Shown here: positions 31,671 to 40,613 of the stretch, one piece after another
Layout: the number at the start of each line of letters is the position of its first letter
Position numbering within the stretch: the first letter of the stretch is position 1
Assembly: GCA_949295995.1 (NCBI GenBank)
Contig: CASFNK010000002.1
Coordinates: 46,286 to 110,285, forward strand
DNA length: 64,000 nucleotides
Direction: 5' to 3'
Source of the DNA: an uncultured Pseudomonadota bacterium
Lineage (GTDB): Bacteria > Pseudomonadota > Alphaproteobacteria > RF32 > CAG-239
Translations under genes and position numbers: made by a program
Notes under the pieces: model-generated
Database searches by the model: none
What the model was told of the DNA's origin: nothing
Seen by the model: the letters and a program-made list of their open reading frames with translations, nothing else

Positions 31671-32090
31671 TTAATTTTTATCACCGCAAGACCAAATTTT
31701 AACGGCACCGAAAGAGTTAATAACATCTTCTCTGCTCTTGGCACGAACCAATTCGTCAGCGCGGGTTTGTTTGCCTTTAAAGGTAATTTCTTCAACATTT
31801 TCAACCGGAACGCCGTATGTACGTTCAACCATTTTACCCTGTAGTTCAACAATCATCACAAATTCAGCTTCAGCCAAAGGACCTTTGGTCTCTTCATCAA
31901 TATTGTCGAGTTTAACGGCTAAACGGTCGTCTCTCTTGAGCAAAGCGGTTTTTTTACCATCAAACTCAAGTACCGGATTAACCGGCGCGCCTTCTCTGGC
32001 ATCAATAAAAATAGCCAATTCGCCGAACTTGTTTTCAATGATTTCATAAAAATCTTGTTTTTCAATCAGAGTATAATATTGGTTTTCCAT
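31671..32090 (-). CDS. Hypothetical 139-aa protein, first gene of the EIIA-HPr-methyltransferase operon
   Basis: 9-nt gap to the EIIA gene. No P-loop or other recognisable motif. Confidence 0.5.
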   Translation of the reverse strand: MENQYYTLIEKQDFYEIIENKFGELAIFIDAREGAPVNPVLEFDGKKTALLKRDDRLAVKLDNIDEETKGPLAEAEFVMIVELQGKMVERTYGVPVENVEEITFKGKQTRADELVRAKSREDVINSFGAVKIWSCGDKN

Positions 32091-32204
32091 GGTATTAATC
32101 CTATAAAAAGCACTTTAATATCTTAAAGCCTACATTGCAAACATAATAGTACAATAACCCGAATGTGTCAATTTTGAGTTAATAAGCGGAAGTTTTTTAT
32201 TTAT

Positions 32205-33425
32205 TTACATCTCAATAATCGAGTTGTTTTTAACTTGCCAAAATTGGGCTTCTTCTTTGAGGGAGGCAAATAAATCGGGATTTGTTGAGGTAATCCATGC
32301 TTGAACTTTAAGATCGCGAATTTTTTCAAGCAAAGCCTCTCGTTTAATATCATCAAGGTGCGCCACAACCTCATCAAGCAGCAATACGGGGGCAAAGCCT
32401 TTATCCAAGGTTTGGCATTTGGTTTGCGCTAAAATAATGCTGATAAGCAAAGACTTTTGCTCTCCGGTTGAGCAAAGTTCGGCCGGCATTCTTTTCTTTT
32501 TGTAATAAACCTTAAAGTCGGTTCGATTAACGCCGTCCACAAAGTCATTGTATAGCACATTACGTCTTTGCGTTTTCAGACTTTTGCAATAAGCCTCTTC
32601 GACATCAAGTGCCGGCATTTTATCCAGCATTTTTTCAACCATGCCGTCCAGCTCAAGCAAAACATTCGGGAACACATTATCTGGCTCATGTTCAATAAAG
32701 GTGTTGAGTTTGGCAATTTGTTCACGTCTTGCTGCGGCAATTGCCACACCTAATCCGGCCATTTCTTCTTCTAAAGAGCTCAGCCAAAAGTTATCATGCT
32801 GTCCGCTTTTAAGGAGTTGATACCATTGTTTGTATAAATGTTCAAAGTTTGATGTGCGCTTTGCGTGTTCCACATCAAAAGCATAAACCAATCGGTCCAA
32901 AAAACTTCTTCTGGGTTGTGAACCGCCGCGAAACAGCCTGTCCATTTGTGGGGTCAGCCAAATAGCAGAAATATAACGCCCTAAATCAGCTTGTGAGTTG
33001 GTTTTTATGCCGTCGATTTTAACGATTCTCCGGTCAAAACTTCTGGTATCGTCATCATCATCTCTGAAAGATTTTTCGACGGCGGTTCCGATTTCGATTT
33101 CCTCATCATTATTGCGAACGGTTGCCGATACCGCCCAACTGGTGTTGCTGATAGTGGTGGGCGCATATTCATCATCAACCAAGCAAGGGCTAATACGCCT
33201 AATATCGGATAGCTTTGCGCTTCGCATACCTCTCCCTGGTGTCAGAAAAGAGATTGCTTCCAAAATATTTGTTTTGCCGACGCCGTTATCACCGGTAATA
33301 ACAATCGGAGCCAGGTTAGCGTTAATGCGTAAATGCGCATAGTTTCTGAAATCAGTTAAAGTCAGGCGCGTAACACCTGACTTTATCTGATGAGCAAAAC
33401 ATAATATTTCGGCAGTATTATCCAA
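32205..33425 (-). CDS. recF: DNA replication and repair protein RecF
   Basis: Walker A GDNGVGKTN, signature STGEQKSL, Walker B LLLDEV. Follows dnaN. Confidence 0.9.
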   Translation of the reverse strand: MDNTAEILCFAHQIKSGVTRLTLTDFRNYAHLRINANLAPIVITGDNGVGKTNILEAISFLTPGRGMRSAKLSDIRRISPCLVDDEYAPTTISNTSWAVSATVRNNDEEIEIGTAVEKSFRDDDDDTRSFDRRIVKIDGIKTNSQADLGRYISAIWLTPQMDRLFRGGSQPRRSFLDRLVYAFDVEHAKRTSNFEHLYKQWYQLLKSGQHDNFWLSSLEEEMAGLGVAIAAARREQIAKLNTFIEHEPDNVFPNVLLELDGMVEKMLDKMPALDVEEAYCKSLKTQRRNVLYNDFVDGVNRTDFKVYYKKKRMPAELCSTGEQKSLLISIILAQTKCQTLDKGFAPVLLLDEVVAHLDDIKREALLEKIRDLKVQAWITSTNPDLFASLKEEAQFWQVKNNSIIEM

Positions 33426-33426
33426 C

Positions 33427-34557
33427 TTACACTCTCATTGGCATCAAAACATAGATTGCACTGGAATCAGAGGTGTCATGAATAACGGAAGGAGAAGAAC
33501 CGTCCGCAAAACTGATACGAACACTCTCACCTTTGACTTCAGCCAAAATATCCAACAAATAACGGAAATTATAACCGATTTCCAAAGCCTCGCTGTCATA
33601 TTTAGCTTCAATTTCTTCTTGAGCGCTGCCAAGGTCGGGACTTGAGGTTATAATTGTAACGTGATTTTTAGCGGTCAACATTTTGATGGCGCGAGTTCTT
33701 TCAGCTACAACCGAAACACGGTCAACGGCGGAAGCCAACTCTTTAACACCCAATTCCAAAACCTTGTCGTTATCGGTCGGAATAACGCGTTCATAATCAG
33801 GATAAGTTCCGTCAATGAGTTTTGATGTTAAAGTAATATCTTCCATTGTGAAACGAATTTTGTTTTCAGATAAAGCAATCGCAATTTCTTCTGCACTGGT
33901 GTCGTCTAACAATTTGCGAATTTCGCCAACGGTCTTTCTCGGAATAATAACGCCGACCATATTTTCGGCACCCTTAGGTAAAGGAGATTCGACGCAAGCC
34001 AAACGGTGTCCGTCTGTAGCAACGATGCGCAAAACTTTAGCTTCACCCTCGTTTTTGGCATGCATATAAACACCATTCAGATAATATCTGGTTTCTTCAG
34101 TTGAAACGGCAAATTTTGTACGGTCGATAACGTCTTTCAATTCTTCTTTAGCCATAACAAAGTTGGTTGGCAGCTTATCTCCCGAAATAACCGGAAAATC
34201 TTCCACTCCGATACAAGACAGAGAGAACTTGGATTTGCCGGAAGCAATTGTTAATTGCCCTTTTTCATCAGGAAAAGTAAGTTCGACATCTGAGCCATCA
34301 GATAATTTTCTGACGATATCATAGAGCATGTGAGCCGGAGCGGTTGTGGCACCGACTTCTGATGTTTTGGCATCAACAATTTCCGTAATTTCGGTATCCA
34401 TATCGGTAGCCTTAAAGCTGATACCGTCTTCCAGGGCTTCGATTCGCACGTTAGAAAGAACGGGAATCGTGTTTCTTTTTTCCACGATACTTTGGACGTG
34501 GCTTAAAGATTTGAGCAAATTTGCGCGTTCGATAGTAAATTTCATTTTCATCACCAA
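33427..34557 (-). CDS. dnaN: DNA polymerase III beta sliding clamp (start ambiguous: 34557, 34551 or 34545)
   Basis: MKFTIERANLLKSL..VQSIVEKRNTIPVLSN N-terminus. Three-domain length. dnaA-dnaN-recF order. Confidence 0.95.
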   Translation of the reverse strand: MVMKMKFTIERANLLKSLSHVQSIVEKRNTIPVLSNVRIEALEDGISFKATDMDTEITEIVDAKTSEVGATTAPAHMLYDIVRKLSDGSDVELTFPDEKGQLTIASGKSKFSLSCIGVEDFPVISGDKLPTNFVMAKEELKDVIDRTKFAVSTEETRYYLNGVYMHAKNEGEAKVLRIVATDGHRLACVESPLPKGAENMVGVIIPRKTVGEIRKLLDDTSAEEIAIALSENKIRFTMEDITLTSKLIDGTYPDYERVIPTDNDKVLELGVKELASAVDRVSVVAERTRAIKMLTAKNHVTIITSSPDLGSAQEEIEAKYDSEALEIGYNFRYLLDILAEVKGESVRISFADGSSPSVIHDTSDSSAIYVLMPMRV

Positions 34558-34716
34558 AATTTTAGTTTCCTAATTGGCATAATTTTAGCACATTGCATTA
34601 AAAGCATAACAAAAAACACGGCTTATCAACAGCTTTTTGAGCTCGATTCGGCAAAAGAAAACCCCGTAATTTGATTACGAGGTTTTCTTTAGCGTTTTTA
34701 TTTAGGAGAGAGAGGA

Positions 34717-36168
34717 TTAAGCCTCTAAAGAGCGTCTTAAAGCATCAACATTTTCAGCTAAAGAAGCGTCTTCCAAAATCAACTCTTCAACCTTACGAAC
34801 GGCATGCATAACGGTTGTGTGGTCTCTGTCAAACTTGCGTCCGATTTCGGGCAAAGAGCGAGAGGTTAATTGCTTAGCCAAGTACATAGCAATTTGTCTT
34901 GGACGAGCAACCGTGCGAGCTCTGCGAGAAGATTGCATTTCTTTAACTGAGATATTGAAGTGCTCAGCGACTTTCTTTTGAATTTCATCAATTGTCGTGC
35001 GTTTATCAAAAGAGCGTAGCATATCTTTCAAAACATCTTGTGTCATATCAAGAGTAATTTCTTTGTCAGACAAGAGTTGTGAATGAGCGATAACTCTACG
35101 TAAAGCACCTTCCAATTCACGAATGTTAGAGGTAATTTTTTGAGCTAAGAATTCAGCAACTTTTTGCGGTAATTCGATACCCAATTGACGAGCTTTGTTT
35201 TCCAAAATTCCCATTCTCAAATCAAAGTCAGTCGGGTGAATATCGGCGACCAAACCGCAACCGAGGCGAGATTTCAAGCGAGCCTCGATTCCTTCCAAAT
35301 CCGAAGGAGATTTGTCAGCCGAAATAATAATCTGGCGACCTTCTTCAATCAAAGAATTGAAAGTATAGAAGAACTCTTCTTGAGTAGTATCTTTACCGCC
35401 CATAAATTGAACGTCATCAACCATCAAAACATCAACAGAACGGAATTGCTCTTTGAAAGCTGTTGTATCTTTGTAACGCAAAGCGCGAACAAACTTATAC
35501 ATAAACTTTTCAGCAGAGAGATAAACGATATTTCTGGTTGGGTCTTGTTGTTTAATATGCCAAGCGATTGCGTGCATTAAGTGAGTTTTACCCAAGCCAA
35601 CGCCGGAATATAAGAACAACGGGTTAAAGGAAACATTTCTGGATTCGGCAACTTTTCTTGCGGCGGCATAAGCAAATTCGTTTGTTTTGCCGACGACAAA
35701 GTTATCGAAAGTATATTGCGGATTTAAGGGCACAGACAAAGATTGCTGTGAATCACCGCTGAGTTGAAAATCGTTACTATTTGCCAAAACGGAATTTATA
35801 CCGCTTTGATAAATATTTGAAGGAGAAGGACTTGAAGAAATTTTCTTCAATAAGGAGCGGCAGGAAGGATTATAAAGACCTTTAGCCTCGTCCTGCATAG
35901 CTTGAACCACAAAATTGACGCTTTTAATTGCAGGATTTTTCTTTTCCCAAATTTTGTGGATTCTGTCGGAGTAGTGAGTAATGACCCAATTGCGCATAAA
36001 GCGTGTCGGCACACAAATGTTCATTACGCCGTCAGCAAAGGAACCCGGAGTAAGTGGTTTTAACCAACTGTCAAAAGCGGTTTCACCGACTTCATTTTTT
36101 AATTGGCTGCAAATCTGTCCCCATTGGTCTTGAACAGAATTGTTTATTATAGTAGCTTCATCAGCCAT
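34717..36168 (-). CDS. dnaA: Chromosomal replication initiator DnaA
   Basis: AAA+ Walker A GGVGLGKTH, Walker B VLMVDDVQF, domain IV DnaA signature GRKFDRDHTTVMHA. Confidence 0.97.
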   Translation of the reverse strand: MADEATIINNSVQDQWGQICSQLKNEVGETAFDSWLKPLTPGSFADGVMNICVPTRFMRNWVITHYSDRIHKIWEKKNPAIKSVNFVVQAMQDEAKGLYNPSCRSLLKKISSSPSPSNIYQSGINSVLANSNDFQLSGDSQQSLSVPLNPQYTFDNFVVGKTNEFAYAAARKVAESRNVSFNPLFLYSGVGLGKTHLMHAIAWHIKQQDPTRNIVYLSAEKFMYKFVRALRYKDTTAFKEQFRSVDVLMVDDVQFMGGKDTTQEEFFYTFNSLIEEGRQIIISADKSPSDLEGIEARLKSRLGCGLVADIHPTDFDLRMGILENKARQLGIELPQKVAEFLAQKITSNIRELEGALRRVIAHSQLLSDKEITLDMTQDVLKDMLRSFDKRTTIDEIQKKVAEHFNISVKEMQSSRRARTVARPRQIAMYLAKQLTSRSLPEIGRKFDRDHTTVMHAVRKVEELILEDASLAENVDALRRSLEA

Positions 36169-36591
36169 TTTATCTCCCCATCTAAAAAAATAAGTTTCAA
36201 ACTAATAGATTTTGTAAAACAACTTGGCTTTCCCCAAAGCCTCAAACGTCAATTACAAAATCAAATTCTAACTTTCATTCTTTATCTAAAATAATATTTC
36301 TCTTTGCCTTTAATAAGGGGTTCTCAAAACTTTAATAAAAAAGCCCTCAAAAACCTATTAGTGTTATCTCGTAAACACAGCATAAATTTTTGTAAGAAAT
36401 CTCTTATTAGAATTAAGAGAAAGAATTTTAGAAAAGAGTCGAAAATTAAAATTTACGAGGTACTTCTCTAAAGTGATTCGGATACTAACCTCCTTAAAAA
36501 ATAATTACAACAGAACATTTTAAGAACATTGCAATTAATTTTCTTGACACGGGATTCTTATCAGAGTCGTTGGGATTCGTAGGCTTAGCGC

Positions 36592-36650
36592 ATAAAAAAA
36601 CACAAACCAAAATTTCCTTTAACAAGAAAAGGAAAGATTGATTTGTGTTC
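36592..36650 (-). terminator. Intrinsic terminator of rpsT
   Basis: Minus strand: AACACAAA..UUUCCUUU-loop-AAAGGAAA..UUUGUGUU compound hairpin followed by U8. Confidence 0.6.
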
Positions 36651-36673
36651 AAAAACACTTCTAAAAAGTGAAA

Positions 36674-36934
36674 TTAAAGAGCCTTAATTTTTTTAGAAAG
36701 GCGAGAAACTGTGCGAGAAGCATTGTGCTTTTCGATAACGCCTTTTTGAGCAGCTCTCATCAATTCGGATTCTGCAACCAAGAAAGCGGCTTTAGCGGCT
36801 TCTTTATTGTTTTCCAAAACGGCGGCGATTACTTTCTTAACGAAAGTACGAACACGACTTCTGCGAGCACCGTTAATAACGGCTCTTTTATTATTTCTTT
36901 TAATTCTGGTTTTTGCCGATTTATGATTGGCCAT
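36674..36934 (-). CDS. rpsT: 30S ribosomal protein S20
   Basis: MANHKSAKTRIKRNNKR N-terminus. 86 aa, basic. Confidence 0.95.
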   Translation of the reverse strand: MANHKSAKTRIKRNNKRAVINGARRSRVRTFVKKVIAAVLENNKEAAKAAFLVAESELMRAAQKGVIEKHNASRTVSRLSKKIKAL

Positions 36935-36984
36935 AATATTAATCCTGTCTTAAAAAGTTAAACAATATTAAATTCTGATATGCT

Positions 36985-37013
36985 TTATAAACTCTATAAA
37001 GGGTTTAAGTCAA
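36985..37013 (-). promoter_or_regulatory. Sigma70-type promoter candidate for rpsT
   Basis: Minus strand TTGACT-N17-TTATAA, about 45 nt upstream of the rpsT ATG. Confidence 0.45.
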
Positions 37014-37059
37014 CACAAATTTTTGCAAAAAAGTCAGTTTTTTGGCTTTTTTTAAGCTC

Positions 37060-37821
37060 TTAGGAGTGCTTTTCAATAAATTCGTTAAGGGCAGACTTAA
37101 AATCTTCGCTGTTTAAGCACATTCTGCAGCTTTGCGCTTCGGCGACGAGTCCGGATTCTAAAGGCGCGTTTGCCGCCGCTTGCTTAATAACTTGTTTAGC
37201 CACTTCGACCGCCATTGGTGATTGATCGGCGATTCTTTTAGCGACTTTATAGGTTTCAGCCTCCAAATCCACGAGAGGAATGATTCGGCTGACGAGTCCG
37301 CATTTTTCGGCTTCTTCGGCATTAAGAGCGCGCCCGCTCAAAATCACTTCCATGGCTTTTGCTTTGCCGATAGCTTTTGTAAGGAGTTGAGTTGCGCCAA
37401 AGCAAGGAATCATGGCAAGGCTGAGTTCTGGTTGTCCGAATTTTGCATTATCTGCCGCTAATACGATATCGCAACTCAAAGCAATTTCACAGCCGATTCC
37501 CAAAGCAAAACCGGCTACTTCGGCAATAATTGGTTTGCGGGTCATTCTGAAAATACTCATATATTTATGCATTTTTAGGAGTTCGGTGTCTTTGGTATTT
37601 ACTTTATCAACCAAATCTCTGACATCGATTCCCGTAGCAAATGCTTTATCGCTTCCCTTAATAATAATGGCTTTGATTCGCTCATCTTCATCAAAAGCCT
37701 GAGTTTGTGAAGTGATTTCTTGAAGCATTTCCTCGCTGACGGCATTTAATGCTTTAGGTCGATTAAGAGTAATAATGCCGACATTTTCCCTGATTTCGCT
37801 GACAAGTGTATTGAGTTCCAT
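37060..37821 (-). CDS. Enoyl-CoA hydratase/isomerase (crotonase) family protein
   Basis: Crotonase-fold pattern (ITLNRPKALNA, KAFATGIDV, GFALGIGCEIAL). 253 aa. Confidence 0.85.
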   Translation of the reverse strand: MELNTLVSEIRENVGIITLNRPKALNAVSEEMLQEITSQTQAFDEDERIKAIIIKGSDKAFATGIDVRDLVDKVNTKDTELLKMHKYMSIFRMTRKPIIAEVAGFALGIGCEIALSCDIVLAADNAKFGQPELSLAMIPCFGATQLLTKAIGKAKAMEVILSGRALNAEEAEKCGLVSRIIPLVDLEAETYKVAKRIADQSPMAVEVAKQVIKQAAANAPLESGLVAEAQSCRMCLNSEDFKSALNEFIEKHS

Positions 37822-37829
37822 TTTTGCCT

Positions 37830-38207
37830 CTATAATTTATTTTTAACCGTAATTCTGACTTCCAAAGGTTTAGCGGATTCTCTTACAATTTCGAGCATCT
37901 CGTTTTCGCGGTAAAAGAGCAGAGTGTTTCCGTCTTTACCTTGATAATTCCAGCCAAGTTGCGGCAAAGTTTTAACATAAAAATTCTCAATAGCCTTAAA
38001 ACCGATTTTCGAACTGGTCAGATAAGCCTCCACAAAACGAGATTCTTCATTTCCGAAACTAATAGTATCTTTTTGAATTTGGGTAACGCCATTCATCAAA
38101 GGTACGTCTTCCAGCCCGTCAATAAAGGTCGTTGCCCACACTTTTCCGGACATAAACAAGATACTTAAACCGCAAATTATTATAATTTTGTAAATATGTT
38201 TTTTCAT
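37830..38207 (-). CDS. Hypothetical exported protein (125 aa)
   Basis: N-terminal signal peptide (..MSGKVWA). No recognisable family. Confidence 0.5.
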   Translation of the reverse strand: MKKHIYKIIIICGLSILFMSGKVWATTFIDGLEDVPLMNGVTQIQKDTISFGNEESRFVEAYLTSSKIGFKAIENFYVKTLPQLGWNYQGKDGNTLLFYRENEMLEIVRESAKPLEVRITVKNKL

Positions 38208-38213
38208 CTCTTC

Positions 38214-39047
38214 TCACTTTTGTTTTTCAGAACAGAAAAAGGTGGAACGTCCGCCCAAAACAATTTTTTGTACGCCGCCGTTTTTCAGACCGCAGGTGCA
38301 GTTCGGACAAGGCATTCCGGTTTTATTATAAACACAATGTTGGTTTTGAAAATAGCCAAGACTTCCGTCGGGCTTTTTGTAGTCTCTGAGAGTTGAACCG
38401 CCTGCTGCAATTGCTTTTTGTAAAACATCTCTGATAGCTTCAATCAAAGATTTACATTCATGCAAGCTCAGCGAAGAAGATTCTCTTGTTGGCAAAATTC
38501 GGGCTTCAAACAAAGCCTCGGAGGCATAAATATTGCCGATTCCGTTAATGATTTTCTGGTCAAGCAAGGCAATTTTGATAGCAATTTTTTTATTTTTTAA
38601 TTTTTCATGTAAAAGCTGATGGTTTAATTTTTCATCAAACGGGTCCAGACCTGAATTTTGAAAAATTTTGTTTTGCGGAAGTTTGTCTGTTTCGCAGTAA
38701 GAAAGCAAACCAAACCGCCTGGGGTCATGGTAAATGATGATACCGTTAGAGGTTTCAAAAACCACATGATCGTGCTTTTCGGGTTCAGGCATTGTATCAC
38801 AAATTTTCACTCTACCGCTCATACCTAAATGCCAAATAATGCTGTAACCGTTATCAAGTGAAATCACAATATATTTAGCGATTCTTTGGTATTTGATAAT
38901 TTGGGTATTGATAATTTTATTTGCGAAATCGTCAGGAATAATTTGCCGAAAGCGATTGTCGTTTATGCGAACATTGACTATATTAGCATAACCGATAGCT
39001 TTTTGAAGAGCATTTTTAATAGTTTCGACTTCGGGCAGTTCGGGCAT
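38214..39047 (-). CDS. mutM: Formamidopyrimidine-DNA glycosylase
   Basis: MPELPEVE N-terminus, H2TH region, C-terminal zinc finger CPNC..C....C. Confidence 0.93.
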   Translation of the reverse strand: MPELPEVETIKNALQKAIGYANIVNVRINDNRFRQIIPDDFANKIINTQIIKYQRIAKYIVISLDNGYSIIWHLGMSGRVKICDTMPEPEKHDHVVFETSNGIIIYHDPRRFGLLSYCETDKLPQNKIFQNSGLDPFDEKLNHQLLHEKLKNKKIAIKIALLDQKIINGIGNIYASEALFEARILPTRESSSLSLHECKSLIEAIRDVLQKAIAAGGSTLRDYKKPDGSLGYFQNQHCVYNKTGMPCPNCTCGLKNGGVQKIVLGGRSTFFCSEKQK

Positions 39048-39108
39048 ATTAACCTCTGAGATGACGATTTGTTTTAAGATGAAAACCTTAAATGTAAGGG
39101 TATTATAA

Positions 39109-40191
39109 ATGATAAATGGATTTTTACAATTCTTAAAAAAACAAAAGTTAGCAATTCAACTGGCAAAAGAAGATATGTTGTTTTTGCTTTACCCTTTAGA
39201 GATGTTTCAAACAACAATACCCTTATCTCGATTCTTTTTAAAAAAGTCGTCTTTATCTCCGGCTCAAAGAGTTGAAAATTATATCTCAACCCATCATGAT
39301 ACGTTGCTTTCGCTCTATTCTACAACGCTCGCATTAAGTTATAATATTCAGCCGCCGCACCATTCTAGCTCAATGCTTAAAGGCGACATAGAAATAAAGC
39401 ATGCCCTATCTGCGCAGGACTATTCGTTAGGGGAAGAACTTTTACCGGAATTAGCCGCCTCAAACCCTCGTTTGGATGAAGATTATTTGCTAAACATCTT
39501 GGAGCTGAATTCGGATATGCGTTTATATGGAGCAGAATTATCAGAGATTCAGAAATATGCTTCTGAATGTGGAGGAAACATAGCATTGAATGTTGATTGG
39601 CAGCACACGTCATCAGATAAATTATTTGTCGATTTTGAAGAAGAAACAACCGATTCGATGAATTTGCCCCTAAACGCGCAACAAAATTTAGCCAAGATAT
39701 TTTTTCATCTGTTATATCGAAAGGCGTATTTGGTGTTGGATTGGCAATCGGTTTTTTATAATGCGCAGGGAAAAATTTTTTGGCGTGATTTTTCAATAAT
39801 TCGCAATTTAAGTCCGGAGCTGCAAAAATATGCTCTGCAAAATATGTTAGAAAAGTCCGCCCCAAAAAATTCTGATGAGTACAATATTAAGCGCGCATTG
39901 GATTTATTACGTTATTATTGTCCTCAGGTAAATTTAACCGAACTATCCAAACAAATCGGCGGAAAGATTTTATCTGATTTCAAAACCCATGATGAGGGGT
40001 GGAGTAAAACAAACTCGCCGCACTTACGGCAATTAAATGCCGATGACGGGCATGATAGAGTGTCGCCATCGAGTAAAAATCTCTATCAACGTCTCAAATC
40101 AAAACCTATGTCTAAGAATTTGGGGAAATCGTCGCTATACTACTGGGGACCGTTGATTTTGGCAGCCTTTTTGCTTTATTATTTTCTTTAG
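39109..40191 (+). CDS. Hypothetical protein with C-terminal TM tail anchor (ORFan)
   Basis: 360-aa ORF. The last ~20 aa (YYWGPLILAAFLLYYFL) are hydrophobic. Start uncertain. Confidence 0.4.
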   Translation: MINGFLQFLKKQKLAIQLAKEDMLFLLYPLEMFQTTIPLSRFFLKKSSLSPAQRVENYISTHHDTLLSLYSTTLALSYNIQPPHHSSSMLKGDIEIKHALSAQDYSLGEELLPELAASNPRLDEDYLLNILELNSDMRLYGAELSEIQKYASECGGNIALNVDWQHTSSDKLFVDFEEETTDSMNLPLNAQQNLAKIFFHLLYRKAYLVLDWQSVFYNAQGKIFWRDFSIIRNLSPELQKYALQNMLEKSAPKNSDEYNIKRALDLLRYYCPQVNLTELSKQIGGKILSDFKTHDEGWSKTNSPHLRQLNADDGHDRVSPSSKNLYQRLKSKPMSKNLGKSSLYYWGPLILAAFLLYYFL

Positions 40192-40489
40192 TATGGGGAA
40201 GATTTTCGATTTTATCAAAGATTTTAGAGGCTCTATGAGGTAAGGACGAGCCTCTTTTACATAAAACTTCACGTGCGACGTCTTGATAATACATCAGCAT
40301 AAATAGTCTGGTTAAATAAGTCAGTCCCAAACCATAATCAGGGAGACTTTCCAAGATTTCAAAAATTTTATTACGATTAATTTTTTCATATTTGCAGATA
40401 TTATCCAAAGCGCCCCATTCTTCCTGACACAAGCGCATGCTGGTACGTCTTTTATTAATGATAATAACGCGGTTAAGTAGTTTTGTCAT
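40112..40489 (-). CDS. Ribbon-helix-helix (RHH_4-like) domain protein
   Basis: RRTSMRLCQEEWGALDNICKYE..LTRLFMLMYY matches the alphaproteobacterial RTS..L....W.AL..I......R.F.L.Y pattern. Confidence 0.6.
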   Translation of the reverse strand: MTKLLNRVIIINKRRTSMRLCQEEWGALDNICKYEKINRNKIFEILESLPDYGLGLTYLTRLFMLMYYQDVAREVLCKRGSSLPHRASKIFDKIENLPHTKENNKAKRLPKSTVPSSIATISPNS

Positions 40490-40613
40490 CTAATCATCCG
40501 TTTCTTTAGAAAATAGATTTTAAGATATTGCTTTAAATTCTTTATGAGCTAATAATAGAGCATAAAAAATTAAAATGCAATTAAAAAGAGTAAATAAAAT
40601 AAAAAACAAGTAA

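Noticed and set aside
36169-36673. Possible chromosomal origin (oriC) in the 505-bp rpsT-dnaA spacer.
   Set aside because: Only TTATC cores and 6-7/9 matches to TTATCCACA are present. There is no clear array of full DnaA boxes, no obvious AT-rich 13-mer DUE repeats and no CtrA TTAA-N7-TTAA sites. Alphaproteobacterial origins are usually hemE-linked. I kept only the GANTC/TTATC regulatory observation.
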